A stretch of 38,410 nucleotides of DNA, from positions 1-38,410 of the forward strand of contig MNYC01000049.1 in NCBI GenBank assembly GCA_001872945.1, in the 5' to 3' direction. This stretch comes from a bacterium CG2_30_37_16. GTDB taxonomy: Bacteria > Patescibacteriota > CPR2. The notes under the pieces were generated by a model. That model searched no databases. It was not told where the DNA came from and saw only the letters and a program-made list of their open reading frames with translations. Positions within the stretch are counted from its first letter, which is position 1. The number at the start of each line of letters is the position of its first letter. Position numbers and translations under genes: made by a program. Shown piece after piece: positions 18,833 to 28,112 of the stretch.

Positions 18833-18871
18833 AAAAAGTGGATAATTCCATGTGGAATTAACACTTTTTTT
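18833..18871 (+). terminator. Terminator hairpin after ftsZ
   Basis: AAAAAGTG-ga-TAATTCCA-tg-TGGAATTA-a-CACTTTTT followed by further Ts. Confidence 0.7.
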
Positions 18872-18914
18872 GTATTGTAAGCCTAAAAATATTGTGGACA
18901 AAAAAACGATTGAC

Positions 18915-18963
18915 ACGCTATATGTAGTGGCCTTAATCTAGTATATACCGCTACATATAGCTT
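18915..18963 (+). promoter_or_regulatory. Tandem NrdR boxes overlapping the nrdR operon promoter
   Basis: ACGCTATATGTAGTGG (18915-18930) and CCGCTACATATAGCTT (18948-18963) fit acaCwAtATaTwGtgt and lie 33 bp apart; TTGACA at 18910-18915. Confidence 0.85.
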
Positions 18964-18983
18964 AGGAGGAATTGGATGATTGG

Positions 18984-19457
18984 ATGAAATGTCCCGAATG
19001 TAAAAAATCTGAATCAAAAGTGATAGAATCGAGAGAGCTTTATGATGGGGAATTGATTAGGAGAAGAAGGGAATGCCTTAAATGCCAAATGCGTTTTACT
19101 ACTTATGAAAGAATTGAACAGCCGGTAATTATGGTAATAAAAAGAGATGGTAAAAGAGAGCAGTTTTCTAGAAATAAGATCGCCAACGGTGTGTACAGGG
19201 CCTGCGAAAAACGAAATATACCGGAGACGGAAGTTGAAGAAGTGGTAAGTTCGATTGAAAAGAAAATACGGGCGAGGGGAGAAAATGAGATTTCGTCGAT
19301 TGAAATTGGGGAGCAAGTCCTTAAAGAATTGTCAGGCTTAGATGATGTTAGTTATATCCGTTTCGCGTCTGTATATCAGTCTTTTATCGATATAAACAGC
19401 TTCCATGAGATTATTAAAAATATGAAAAAGAAAGATAAGGGGAGTGAAAATGAATAA
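18984..19457 (+). CDS. nrdR: Transcriptional repressor NrdR
   Basis: MKCPEC, IRRRREC..C..RFTTYE, ATP-cone and YIRFASVY. Confidence 0.97.
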   Translation: MKCPECKKSESKVIESRELYDGELIRRRRECLKCQMRFTTYERIEQPVIMVIKRDGKREQFSRNKIANGVYRACEKRNIPETEVEEVVSSIEKKIRARGENEISSIEIGEQVLKELSGLDDVSYIRFASVYQSFIDINSFHEIIKNMKKKDKGSENE

Positions 19458-21054
19458 TGAGGACGCAAAGGTGGAAAACAATATTTCAGATCCTAAATTT
19501 AATAGCTTATATAATAGCAAAATCGAGCCGGTTGCAATTGATAATGCTATCAATCTCTTAATTGAAAAAGCAATAAAACAGGAAAAATTTTATAATACTA
19601 CATTAAATTTAGATAACATTAAAAGAGAGTTTGTCAGCATAATAAACAGGTTAAATTTTCTTCCTTCAAAAAAATTCTTGGATCGGGAGCTGGGAATAGA
19701 GACAAAAGAGGAAAATACTCAGATGACAGAGTTAACGTATGAAGACGTTGGTATGAGTACTTTACAGAATTCGTATATGTCCGTCAGCGATGAATATCTT
19801 CAGAAACTTAGCTTAAATGATTTTATTTTACTAAAAAAAGATGATGGAACGGAGCAAAAAAAGAAATCCGAAGAAGTGGCAAGGGAGCTACTTATCGAGG
19901 CTAAGAAATATAGAATTAAAGGTTTTGTATTTATAGACGAAGTTGAAAGATTCAATCCTTTAGGAAAAAAGTTTAAGCTTTCAGAAATTTTGTCATCAAG
20001 CCAGTTGGCTACCGAAAGAGAGGAGATTGCTGAGGGGTTTATTAATTTAGCAAACTTTATAAACGACAATAAAGTTAACTTTGACGAATTAAAACATACT
20101 ATATATATCGCTGTGCGCTTTTTAGATAACATAATTGATATTTATGACTACCCCACCCTAGAAATTGAAGGTCAAACAAAAAAAGCCAGAAAAATTGGTC
20201 TTAGTATTTGCGGGTTCGGCGATGCCATTGGTAAATTGGGTATTAGCTATGAGTCCAAAGAGGCCATTAAGCTTTTAGGAGAAATCTCTAGGTATGTAGA
20301 TACAGAAGCTAAAAATGCCAGTTCTGAGCTTGCAAAAGAAAGAGGCGTTTTTCCATTATTTAATGAGGGTATTTTTGATAACACAAAACCCTTAAGAAAT
20401 GCTAGTCTTACTTGTTTAAATGAAAATTCTGAGATTGCCAAATATTTTGACGTTTCCCCCGGCATCAAGGAAATAAATAAAGAGGCTTCTCCGGAATGGC
20501 AAGTTAGAATGCAAAGAGAATCACAGAAATATACGGATCTTGTAAGTATTAAGAACATCTTAATATCTCCGGAAGTTGATGGCGATGAAATGCTGAGTAT
20601 TTTTAGGCTTGCATCCGGGCTTGGTATTAAAATACTAAAGTTTAAACTGACAAATGCTGTTTCTATTAGGATGAATGGCAGCGAGAAGGATGAAGCCGTG
20701 GAAGAACAAAAATTAAGCGAAAGGCCATTAATTTTAAATGGTAAGACTGTTCGTTTTCAGTCGAATGGCAGTGATATCTATATAACAATAAATTATTCTA
20801 GTGACCTAAAACCAGTAGAAGTCTTGCTAAGTAAGGCTACCGTTTCCAACTGTGAAGCAATTATTATAAATTTAGTTAATATTATGCTAGGAAAAAACAT
20901 TTTGCTATCGGAAATCATAGAAATATTAAAACAAAATGTTGTCAGTGATGAATGCGCATGCGGGTGTGGGAACATTTTAAATGTCGTCGAAGCATATGAA
21001 ATTTTAAAAAATGATAGTTTAGACGAAAAAGAAAAGAAAATACAACTTGGATAA
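19450..21054 (+). CDS. Degenerate class II (NrdJ-like) ribonucleotide reductase homolog with a TSCPD-like C-terminal domain; lacks catalytic motifs
   Basis: AVRFLDNIID..YP, RKIGL, S.ELAKERG.FP and RNA are retained; NPCGE, ESCNLG and IAPTGT are replaced. Confidence 0.8.
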   Translation: MNNEDAKVENNISDPKFNSLYNSKIEPVAIDNAINLLIEKAIKQEKFYNTTLNLDNIKREFVSIINRLNFLPSKKFLDRELGIETKEENTQMTELTYEDVGMSTLQNSYMSVSDEYLQKLSLNDFILLKKDDGTEQKKKSEEVARELLIEAKKYRIKGFVFIDEVERFNPLGKKFKLSEILSSSQLATEREEIAEGFINLANFINDNKVNFDELKHTIYIAVRFLDNIIDIYDYPTLEIEGQTKKARKIGLSICGFGDAIGKLGISYESKEAIKLLGEISRYVDTEAKNASSELAKERGVFPLFNEGIFDNTKPLRNASLTCLNENSEIAKYFDVSPGIKEINKEASPEWQVRMQRESQKYTDLVSIKNILISPEVDGDEMLSIFRLASGLGIKILKFKLTNAVSIRMNGSEKDEAVEEQKLSERPLILNGKTVRFQSNGSDIYITINYSSDLKPVEVLLSKATVSNCEAIIINLVNIMLGKNILLSEIIEILKQNVVSDECACGCGNILNVVEAYEILKNDSLDEKEKKIQLG

Positions 21055-21078
21055 ACATAAAAATAAAAGGAGGAAAAA

Positions 21079-23193
21079 TTGAGTGATCGTTCTGAAATGC
21101 AGCAAGAGCCTTTAAAGTTGGATAAGGAGAGTTTACAGAAAAAAACATTCACCCATATCATAAAAAGAAATGGTGATTTGGAAAAATTTGATACCTTAAA
21201 AATAGACGAGGCCATACTTAAGGCCGGAAGTGCAACGGCTGAATTAAATGAAAAGCTGGCCCATAAACTTTCCCTAAAAGTTGTCTCAATTCTTTATAAA
21301 AAATTTGAAAATATTTCTCCGAATGTGGAGCAAATTCAAGACATTGTGGAACATGTTTTAATTGACTCTGTGTTTGAAGAAACTGCCAAAGCTTATATTA
21401 TTTACAGAAGAAAAAGAGCAGAAATAAGAGAAATAAAAAAAATTCTCGATGTTGAAGGATTAATGGAGGATTATTTAAACGAAACCGACTGGAGAGTTAA
21501 AGAAAATAGCAATATGAGTTATTCTCTCCAAGGGCTTAACAACTATATTAGTTCGTCGGTAACAGCCAAATATTGGCTAGAAAAAATGTATCCCGATAAT
21601 ATCAAAAAAGCTCATATTGAAGGCGATATCCACATTCATGACTTATATTTACTCGCCGCTTATTGTTCTGGGTGGGACTTAAAGGATCTCTTGCTTAGAG
21701 GCTTTGGAGGTGTAAGAGGAAAAATTGAAAGCGCTCCGGCAAAACATTTCCGCGTCGTTTTAGGCCAAATAGTTAATTTCTTCTATACTTTGCAGGGTGA
21801 GGTTGCCGGTGCTGTGGCTTTTTCTAATTTTGATACATATCTGGCCCCTTTCATTAGATACGACAAGTTAACTTACGATGAAGTTAAGCAATGTCTTCAG
21901 GAGTTTGTATTCAATATGAATGTACCAACAAGGGTTGGATTTCAGACACCGTTTACTAATATTACGATGGATTTAACTCCATCAAAGCTCATTGGCGAAG
22001 AAAATGTGATAATTGGTGGTGAGCTGAAAAAAGAAAAATACAAGGATTATCAAGAGGAAATGGACCAGCTAAATAGAGCATTTGCCGAAGTAATGATGGC
22101 AGGCGACTCTAAGGGAAGGGTTTTTACTTTTCCAATACCAACCTACAATATTACGAAAGATTTTAATTGGGAGAATCCGGTTTTGGATCCGGTTTGGGAA
22201 ATGTCGGCTAAATATGGTATCCCGTATTTTTCAAATTTTGTAAATTCCGACATTGATCCTGATGACGCAAGAAGTATGTGCTGTCGCCTTAGAATTGATA
22301 ATAAGGAACTCCGAAAAAGAGGCGGCGGATTATTTGGCGCTAATCCTCTTACCGGAAGTATTGGCGTTGTTACCATTAATTTAGCTCGTGTTGGATTTCT
22401 GTCTAAAACAAGAAAAGAATTCTTCGAAAGGCTCGAATACCTAATGAATGTTTCTCATGAAAGTCTGGTTTTGAAAAGGAAAACTGTGGAAAAGTTTACT
22501 ACTGAGGGGTTGTATCCATATGCGCGAGTTTATTTGGATAACGTTGCTAAAAGGTTCGGCAAATATTGGCAGAATCATTTTTCCACAATTGGTATTCACG
22601 GCATGAACGAAGCCATGATCAATTTTATGGACAAAGACATGGGAGACGTGAAAGCGCGAAATTTTGCCATAGAAGTCATGGATTATATGAATAAGAGAAT
22701 ATTGGATTTTCAGCACGAAACAGGAAGCCTATATAATTTAGAGGCTACTCCGGCAGAAGGAACCACATACCAATTTGCCCGAGCCGATAAGAAAAAATAT
22801 CCCGAAATTAAAGTTGCCAACGAAGCAGCCTTTAAGGATGGAGCCGAACCATACTACACTAACTCATCATGGCATCCGGTTGGATATACCAGCGACATAT
22901 TCGAATTATTAGATGCTCAGGAAGAATTCCAGATACGCTATACGGGAGGAACGGTTCTACACAATTATCTTGGTGAGAGAATTAATGACCTCAAGGCCTA
23001 TAAGAAACTGGTTAAAAAAATTGCTGAAAGCTATAAGCTCCCGTATTTTACGCTTACTCCAACTTTTAGCATTTGTCCCAAACATGGCTATTTGGCTGGC
23101 GAGCATAAATTCTGTCCCAAATGTGATGAGGAAATAGGGTATAAGGAGCAGCTAAACATAAATTTAAATACAAAAAGCAAAGTAAAGGTATAA
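21079..23193 (+). CDS. nrdD: Anaerobic (class III) ribonucleoside-triphosphate reductase core with ATP-cone; lacks the C-terminal glycyl loop
   Basis: IIKRNG ATP-cone, HIHDL, FTFPIPT, RSMCCRL, NLEATPAE and CPKH...CPKC. Confidence 0.95.
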   Translation: MSDRSEMQQEPLKLDKESLQKKTFTHIIKRNGDLEKFDTLKIDEAILKAGSATAELNEKLAHKLSLKVVSILYKKFENISPNVEQIQDIVEHVLIDSVFEETAKAYIIYRRKRAEIREIKKILDVEGLMEDYLNETDWRVKENSNMSYSLQGLNNYISSSVTAKYWLEKMYPDNIKKAHIEGDIHIHDLYLLAAYCSGWDLKDLLLRGFGGVRGKIESAPAKHFRVVLGQIVNFFYTLQGEVAGAVAFSNFDTYLAPFIRYDKLTYDEVKQCLQEFVFNMNVPTRVGFQTPFTNITMDLTPSKLIGEENVIIGGELKKEKYKDYQEEMDQLNRAFAEVMMAGDSKGRVFTFPIPTYNITKDFNWENPVLDPVWEMSAKYGIPYFSNFVNSDIDPDDARSMCCRLRIDNKELRKRGGGLFGANPLTGSIGVVTINLARVGFLSKTRKEFFERLEYLMNVSHESLVLKRKTVEKFTTEGLYPYARVYLDNVAKRFGKYWQNHFSTIGIHGMNEAMINFMDKDMGDVKARNFAIEVMDYMNKRILDFQHETGSLYNLEATPAEGTTYQFARADKKKYPEIKVANEAAFKDGAEPYYTNSSWHPVGYTSDIFELLDAQEEFQIRYTGGTVLHNYLGERINDLKAYKKLVKKIAESYKLPYFTLTPTFSICPKHGYLAGEHKFCPKCDEEIGYKEQLNINLNTKSKVKV

Positions 23194-23204
23194 GGGAGAG
23201 TATT

Positions 23205-23372
23205 ATGTCAGAAGAAGTTAACAAAATTGAAGCATTGCGTCAGCCTTGTGAAGTTTTTTCCAGAGTTGTTGGCTACATAAGGCCGGTTCATCAATGGAAT
23301 AAAGGCAAACAATCAGAGTATAACGACCGAAAAATGCTTAACTTGAGGCTTGAGAATGAGGAAGCCTGTTAG
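23205..23372 (+). CDS. Stand-alone NrdD glycyl-radical domain peptide (55 aa; missing from the ORF track)
   Basis: MSEEVNKIEALRQPCEVFSRVVGYIRPVHQWNKGKQSEYNDRKMLNLRLENEEAC; own SD (AAGGGAG); lies between nrdD and nrdG. Confidence 0.92.
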   Translation: MSEEVNKIEALRQPCEVFSRVVGYIRPVHQWNKGKQSEYNDRKMLNLRLENEEAC

Positions 23373-23374
23373 AA

Positions 23375-24067
23375 ATGAAAATAGGGGGATTCCAGAAAAC
23401 TACGCTTATCGATTATCCGGGTAAAATTGCAGCCTCAATATTTACAGTGGGCTGCAATTTTCGTTGTGGATATTGTCATAATCCTGATTTAATTGATGGT
23501 AGAAATATCATTTTAGAGGATGAAGCGAAGGTTTTGGAGTTCTTTAAAAAAAGAAAGAATACCCTAGAGGGAGTTGTCATATCGGGCGGAGAACCTCTGC
23601 TGCAAAAAGACTTGCAAGATTTCATTATGCAAATTAAAAATCTGGGGCTTTTGGTAAAACTAGATACTAACGGCTCGAATCCGCAAAAACTAAAAAAATT
23701 ACTTGACCAGAAATTAGTGGATTATGTAGCCATGGACATAAAAAATAATTTAAGCAGCTATGACCAAACAACAAATATTAAGGGAAGCGGCAAGAATATT
23801 GCGGAAAGTATCGATTTAATTATAAACTCATATATAAATTACGAATTTCGGTCCACAGTTTTGCCGGATCTGCATAATGAAAAAAATATCGAAGAAATTG
23901 GAATAATGATCAAAGGCGCCAGGAAAATGTATCTGCAAAGCTTTAGATCAGGAGTTACTTTAGATGAAAAGTATGCCACGAAAAGAAGCTTTGCTGAGAC
24001 CGAAATGGAAAATCTAAAAACACTGGTATTAAAAAATGTCCTGAGCTGTGATATAAGATTTTATTAA
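23375..24067 (+). CDS. nrdG: Anaerobic RNR activating radical SAM enzyme
   Basis: DYPG, CNFRCGYCHN, SGGEP and KLDTNG motifs. Confidence 0.95.
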   Translation: MKIGGFQKTTLIDYPGKIAASIFTVGCNFRCGYCHNPDLIDGRNIILEDEAKVLEFFKKRKNTLEGVVISGGEPLLQKDLQDFIMQIKNLGLLVKLDTNGSNPQKLKKLLDQKLVDYVAMDIKNNLSSYDQTTNIKGSGKNIAESIDLIINSYINYEFRSTVLPDLHNEKNIEEIGIMIKGARKMYLQSFRSGVTLDEKYATKRSFAETEMENLKTLVLKNVLSCDIRFY

Positions 24068-24104
24068 GTTTAATTGCGCATCAATCCATGATATAATTAT
24101 TTAT

Positions 24105-24368
24105 ATGAAAATTCTTGTGTTTTCAAAAAAGGACATATCGGTTATTGAAGAAAATTATTTGAAAGATTTTTATGATACCCTTCAAAGAGATAATTACGAA
24201 GTTGTACCCGTTGATACCGAAGAAGTTGATGGCATCGCCAAGGCTGAAATATACGATATTTACTCTACGCCTTCCGTGGTCGTTACCACAAATGACGGTA
24301 CCTTTATTCAGGGATGGAAGGGCGAAATTCCTCCATTATCAGAAGTTAAATATTATCTACTCACTTAA
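24105..24368 (+). CDS. Thioredoxin/glutaredoxin-fold-like small protein without cysteines
   Basis: D.EEVDG...AE.YDI.STPSVVV...WKGEIP pattern; follows nrdG; extended -10 TGaTATAAT 7 nt before the ATG. Confidence 0.6.
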   Translation: MKILVFSKKDISVIEENYLKDFYDTLQRDNYEVVPVDTEEVDGIAKAEIYDIYSTPSVVVTTNDGTFIQGWKGEIPPLSEVKYYLLT

Positions 24369-24378
24369 ATGAAACTAA

Positions 24379-24636
24379 ATGAAACCATTTTTACATAATT
24401 TTTTAGACGTATCAGCCTCAAGCTTAATTGTACTTATGTTTATAAGAGCTATCCTGTCGTGTTTGCCGAATGCCAGAGGCAGAATAAGCGATTTTATCGT
24501 CCAAATAACAGATCCCATGCTTAATCCAGTAAGAAAATTTGTACCCGTAACCGGTGGAGTGGATTTTTCACCTCTAGTATTTTTCTTTTTAATAAAAGTA
24601 TTGCATGAGATTTTGGCAGCTTTAATCGGTACCTAA
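24379..24636 (+). CDS. YggT family membrane protein
   Basis: R.ILS, TDP.L.PVRK.VP..GGVDFSP motifs. Confidence 0.92.
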   Translation: MKPFLHNFLDVSASSLIVLMFIRAILSCLPNARGRISDFIVQITDPMLNPVRKFVPVTGGVDFSPLVFFFLIKVLHEILAALIGT

Positions 24637-24641
24637 ATTAA

Positions 24642-24875
24642 ATGAGAATTAATGTTAAGGCTTATCCAAAGTCGCATACTAATTTAATCTATGAAAAAGA
24701 CGGAACTTATATTGTCAGAACAACAGCACCGGCAGCGGGCAACCTGGCTAATAAAGCAATTATAAAAATGATTTCCGATAAATTTAGCATAGGTATAAGT
24801 AATATTAAAATAATTTCAGGTCAAAATTTTAGGGAAAAAATTTTAGAGCTTAAGGAGACTAAAAGTGACCAATGA
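24642..24875 (+). CDS. DUF167 (YggU-like) protein
   Basis: V.A.P.S, APA.G..AN..I and I..G...REK pattern; adjacent to yggT. Confidence 0.8.
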   Translation: MRINVKAYPKSHTNLIYEKDGTYIVRTTAPAAGNLANKAIIKMISDKFSIGISNIKIISGQNFREKILELKETKSDQ

Positions 24876-25872
24876 AAGGCCAGTCGGCCTTAAAAGTGTT
24901 TTGTCGGCCGTAATTGGAAATTTTTTGGTTGCATCACTTAAAATAGTGGGTTTTGCCTTCTCGGGTTCAGCGGTTATGCTTTCAGAAGGTATACACTCGA
25001 TTGCTGATACTGCAAATCAAGCCTTGCTGATGGTTGGTATTAAACGGGGCGAAAAGCCGGCTGACGATAAATTTAATTATGGCTATAGGCAGGAAAGATT
25101 TTTTTGGGCGCTTATTTCGGCTTGCGGAATATTTTTCCTTGGCGCCGGCGTTACCACTTATCATGGTATAAATGCTTTAATTCTCCACGAAAAAGCCCAT
25201 CTATCCTCATGGTTATTTTTGATTCTCTTTTTATCTTTTATTTTTGAATCTTACACCCTATATGTTGCTTTTACCGAACTTAAAGCTCATGGGAGAAAGG
25301 GTTCTTTAATCAAGCATCTAAAAAATTCAGCTGATCCGACTATCCTAGCAGTAATTTGTGAAGACTCGGTTGCATTAATCGGTATCGTTATTGCCTTTAT
25401 GTCTTTGATTCTAACCGAAATAACCGGAATCTATTATTTTGATGGGATTGGTTCCGTTCTTATTGGTTTGTTACTCGGATTTATGGCGATAATGCTTATT
25501 AAGCTTAACAGGGATTATCTTTTGGCTAAAGCGGTACCCAAACATGTACAAAAAGAGATATCCACAATTTTAAAACGACAATCTCTCATTGAATCTGTAC
25601 ATGATTTAAAAACTGCGGTAATTACTACGGATGGTTATAGAATAAAGGCGGAAATAGAAATAGATGGCAGGGTTTTGGCTAAAAAAATACTTAGATCGAG
25701 GGATTTTAAGAAAGAATTTGATGAAATCGATACATATCATGATTTCGTAAAGTTTTGCTCGGAGTTTGCCGATGAAGTAACAAGAACTCTCGGCAAAGAA
25801 ATTGACAGCTTGGAATGCACTATTTGCGCGGAGGTTCCGGCTATAAAACACATAGATTTGGAGACAAATTAA
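24865..25872 (+). CDS. Cation diffusion facilitator family transporter
   Basis: SEGIHSIAD, F.YGY..ERFFW and EDS.A motifs; C-terminal cytoplasmic domain. Confidence 0.92.
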   Translation: MTNERPVGLKSVLSAVIGNFLVASLKIVGFAFSGSAVMLSEGIHSIADTANQALLMVGIKRGEKPADDKFNYGYRQERFFWALISACGIFFLGAGVTTYHGINALILHEKAHLSSWLFLILFLSFIFESYTLYVAFTELKAHGRKGSLIKHLKNSADPTILAVICEDSVALIGIVIAFMSLILTEITGIYYFDGIGSVLIGLLLGFMAIMLIKLNRDYLLAKAVPKHVQKEISTILKRQSLIESVHDLKTAVITTDGYRIKAEIEIDGRVLAKKILRSRDFKKEFDEIDTYHDFVKFCSEFADEVTRTLGKEIDSLECTICAEVPAIKHIDLETN

Positions 25873-25890
25873 AATGTTTTTTCAAACTTA

Positions 25891-25967
25891 TTGATTTTTC
25901 TCTTTTTCCCTACTATACTATCTGTGGTTAAAAATTTGGGTACCACCTTGTCCAAGATGGTATTTTT
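25891..25967 (+). promoter_or_regulatory. atp operon promoter and leader hairpin
   Basis: TTGATT-17-TATACT (25891-25919), then hairpin GGTACCAcCTTG-tc-CAAGaTGGTATT with a T run (25939-25967). Confidence 0.55.
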
Positions 25968-25984
25968 AGATTGGTTTCTTGAAG

Positions 25985-26206
25985 ATGAGTGGAAATAATA
26001 AAGAAAACTTGGCGCTAACTCCAATTTTTATCGAAATTGGATGGAGAATTAGTTTGCCGCTTGCCTTAATGGTTATTGCTGGTAACTGGATAGACACAAA
26101 GCTGCAAACTAAACCAACATTCATATTTGTTGGTATTTTTTTATCGCTTTTTATGTCTTCTTATTCCATTTATAGGATGATTAAAAAATTTACGAAAGAA
26201 GATTAA
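25985..26206 (+). CDS. AtpZ/AtpI family small membrane protein
   Basis: Two TM segments and G.WID..L.TKP.F pattern; first gene of the atp operon. Confidence 0.85.
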   Translation: MSGNNKENLALTPIFIEIGWRISLPLALMVIAGNWIDTKLQTKPTFIFVGIFLSLFMSSYSIYRMIKKFTKED

Positions 26207-26956
26207 GTGCATATTTCAATTTCTGCAGAACCGATATTTCATATAGGATCATTTCCTTTTACCAATAGCATGCTTGCGGCATGGTTAGTATTCGGGATTT
26301 TAAGCATTTTGGCGTATTTTGCAACAAAAAGAATGGAACAGGTGCCTAAAGGCATTCAAAATATTTTTGAATATATTATAGAAGCGTTGTTTAATTTAAC
26401 TAACGGCATCATGAAGGATAGAAAGTTAACCAAGAAAATCTTTCCTTTAATTGCTACATTTTTTATTTTTATATTATTAAATAACTGGATGGGGCTTATT
26501 CCGGGATTCGGTTCCATCGGGTTTCATGAAACAAATGCTGAAGGAAAGAATGTATTGGTTCCCCTGCTTAGAGCCGGAACAGCCGATTTAAATACAACTA
26601 TAGCTCTAGCCGTAGTTACTGTCATTACTGTTCAAATCCTAGGAATTACCGCAATTGGAATCAGAAAATATGCTGGAAAGTTCATTAATTTTTCGTCACC
26701 TGTAAATTTCTTTGTTGGGATTATTGAGCTGGTATCGGAAGTATCAAGAATCATTTCATATTCCTTTAGGTTATTTGGCAATGTTTTTGCGGGAGAAGTT
26801 TTACTTGCAGTTATGTCAACATTGGTTCCATATGTTATTCCGTTACCCTTCTATATAATGGAGATTTTTGTTGGGGCTGTTCAGGCGCTTGTTTTCACGA
26901 TGTTATCTATAGTTTTTATGTCTATGGCAACAGTTGCTCATAGTGAGAGTCATTAA
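26207..26956 (+). CDS. atpB: F0F1 ATP synthase subunit a
   Basis: NNWMGLIPG, TADLNTT, SFRLFGN.FAGE and QA.VF motifs. Confidence 0.97.
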   Translation: MHISISAEPIFHIGSFPFTNSMLAAWLVFGILSILAYFATKRMEQVPKGIQNIFEYIIEALFNLTNGIMKDRKLTKKIFPLIATFFIFILLNNWMGLIPGFGSIGFHETNAEGKNVLVPLLRAGTADLNTTIALAVVTVITVQILGITAIGIRKYAGKFINFSSPVNFFVGIIELVSEVSRIISYSFRLFGNVFAGEVLLAVMSTLVPYVIPLPFYIMEIFVGAVQALVFTMLSIVFMSMATVAHSESH

Positions 26957-26964
26957 ATAAATAA

Positions 26965-27213
<249 letters not shown>

Positions 27214-27222
27214 GGAATATAT

Positions 27223-27726
27223 ATGGACGCATTACACAACTTGGGAGTTGATCCTAAGTTACTCATTGCTCAAGGTATTAATTTTGGTCTTCTGCTTTTT
27301 ATTTTATATAAATTACTATATAGGCCGATTTTAAAGATACTTGAGGATAGGTCAAAAAAAATTGAAAAATCACTAGAGAATGCTGAAGAAATCGAAAAGA
27401 AACTAGTAGATATTAAAGAAACGGAAAAAGAAGTAATAGGAAAGGCAAAAGGGAAAGCAACCGAGATAATAAGCGAAGCCAGAGAAGCGATTGAAGAGAC
27501 TAAAGCCTCTATGATTAAAGATGCTGGTATTAAAGCAAAAAAAATTATCGAGAATGCAGTAGACGAGGCTGAAAAAGAGAAACTAGCAATACTTGCAGAA
27601 GTCAAAAACGAAATAGCAGGTGTTGTGGAAAAATCTGTGATAGCTTTTATGGAAGCGGATTATAAAAATGTTAATCTAAAATTAACTGAAGATGCACTTA
27701 GCGATGCAAAAAAGGTTGGGATTTAG
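27223..27726 (+). CDS. atpF: F0F1 ATP synthase subunit b
   Basis: N-terminal TM (Q.INF..L), P....L..R and coiled coil. Confidence 0.95.
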   Translation: MDALHNLGVDPKLLIAQGINFGLLLFILYKLLYRPILKILEDRSKKIEKSLENAEEIEKKLVDIKETEKEVIGKAKGKATEIISEAREAIEETKASMIKDAGIKAKKIIENAVDEAEKEKLAILAEVKNEIAGVVEKSVIAFMEADYKNVNLKLTEDALSDAKKVGI

Positions 27727-28104
27727 ATGCTTGGATCAACAGAAATTGCTAAGGTTTTAATTAGAGAATCGTTCGGAAAAGATGCTGCTGATTTAAAAGG
27801 ATATGCAGCTAGGATCGCCAAGCTTTATCCAAACAAAATCAAATCAATTATAGGCAGCATCAAAGACCAGAACGAATTTGACTTGAGTTACGTCGAAATT
27901 ACAAGCGCTAAGGAACTTTCCGAATCCGAAAGAAGTGAAATTATCAAGTCCCTGAAGATTAAAGACCCTATAAATGTAAAATTTGGGGTTAATTCTGAAA
28001 TTATTGCGGGCATAATAGTAAAAATTGGCGAAACGGTTGTGGATGGTAGCGGCAGGGAAAGAATTAATCAAATAATAGAAAGAATCATAAATACGAAGCT
28101 TTAG
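27727..28104 (+). CDS. atpH: F0F1 ATP synthase subunit delta (short)
   Basis: EITSA.EL and IIAGIIVKIGETVVDGS; between atpF and atpA. Confidence 0.88.
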   Translation: MLGSTEIAKVLIRESFGKDAADLKGYAARIAKLYPNKIKSIIGSIKDQNEFDLSYVEITSAKELSESERSEIIKSLKIKDPINVKFGVNSEIIAGIIVKIGETVVDGSGRERINQIIERIINTKL

Positions 28105-28112
28105 GAGCATAA

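Noticed and set aside
25940-25950. AAGGTGGTACC T-box-like string on the minus strand
   Set aside because: No Stem I or specifier and no minus-strand gene; it is one arm of the atp leader hairpin
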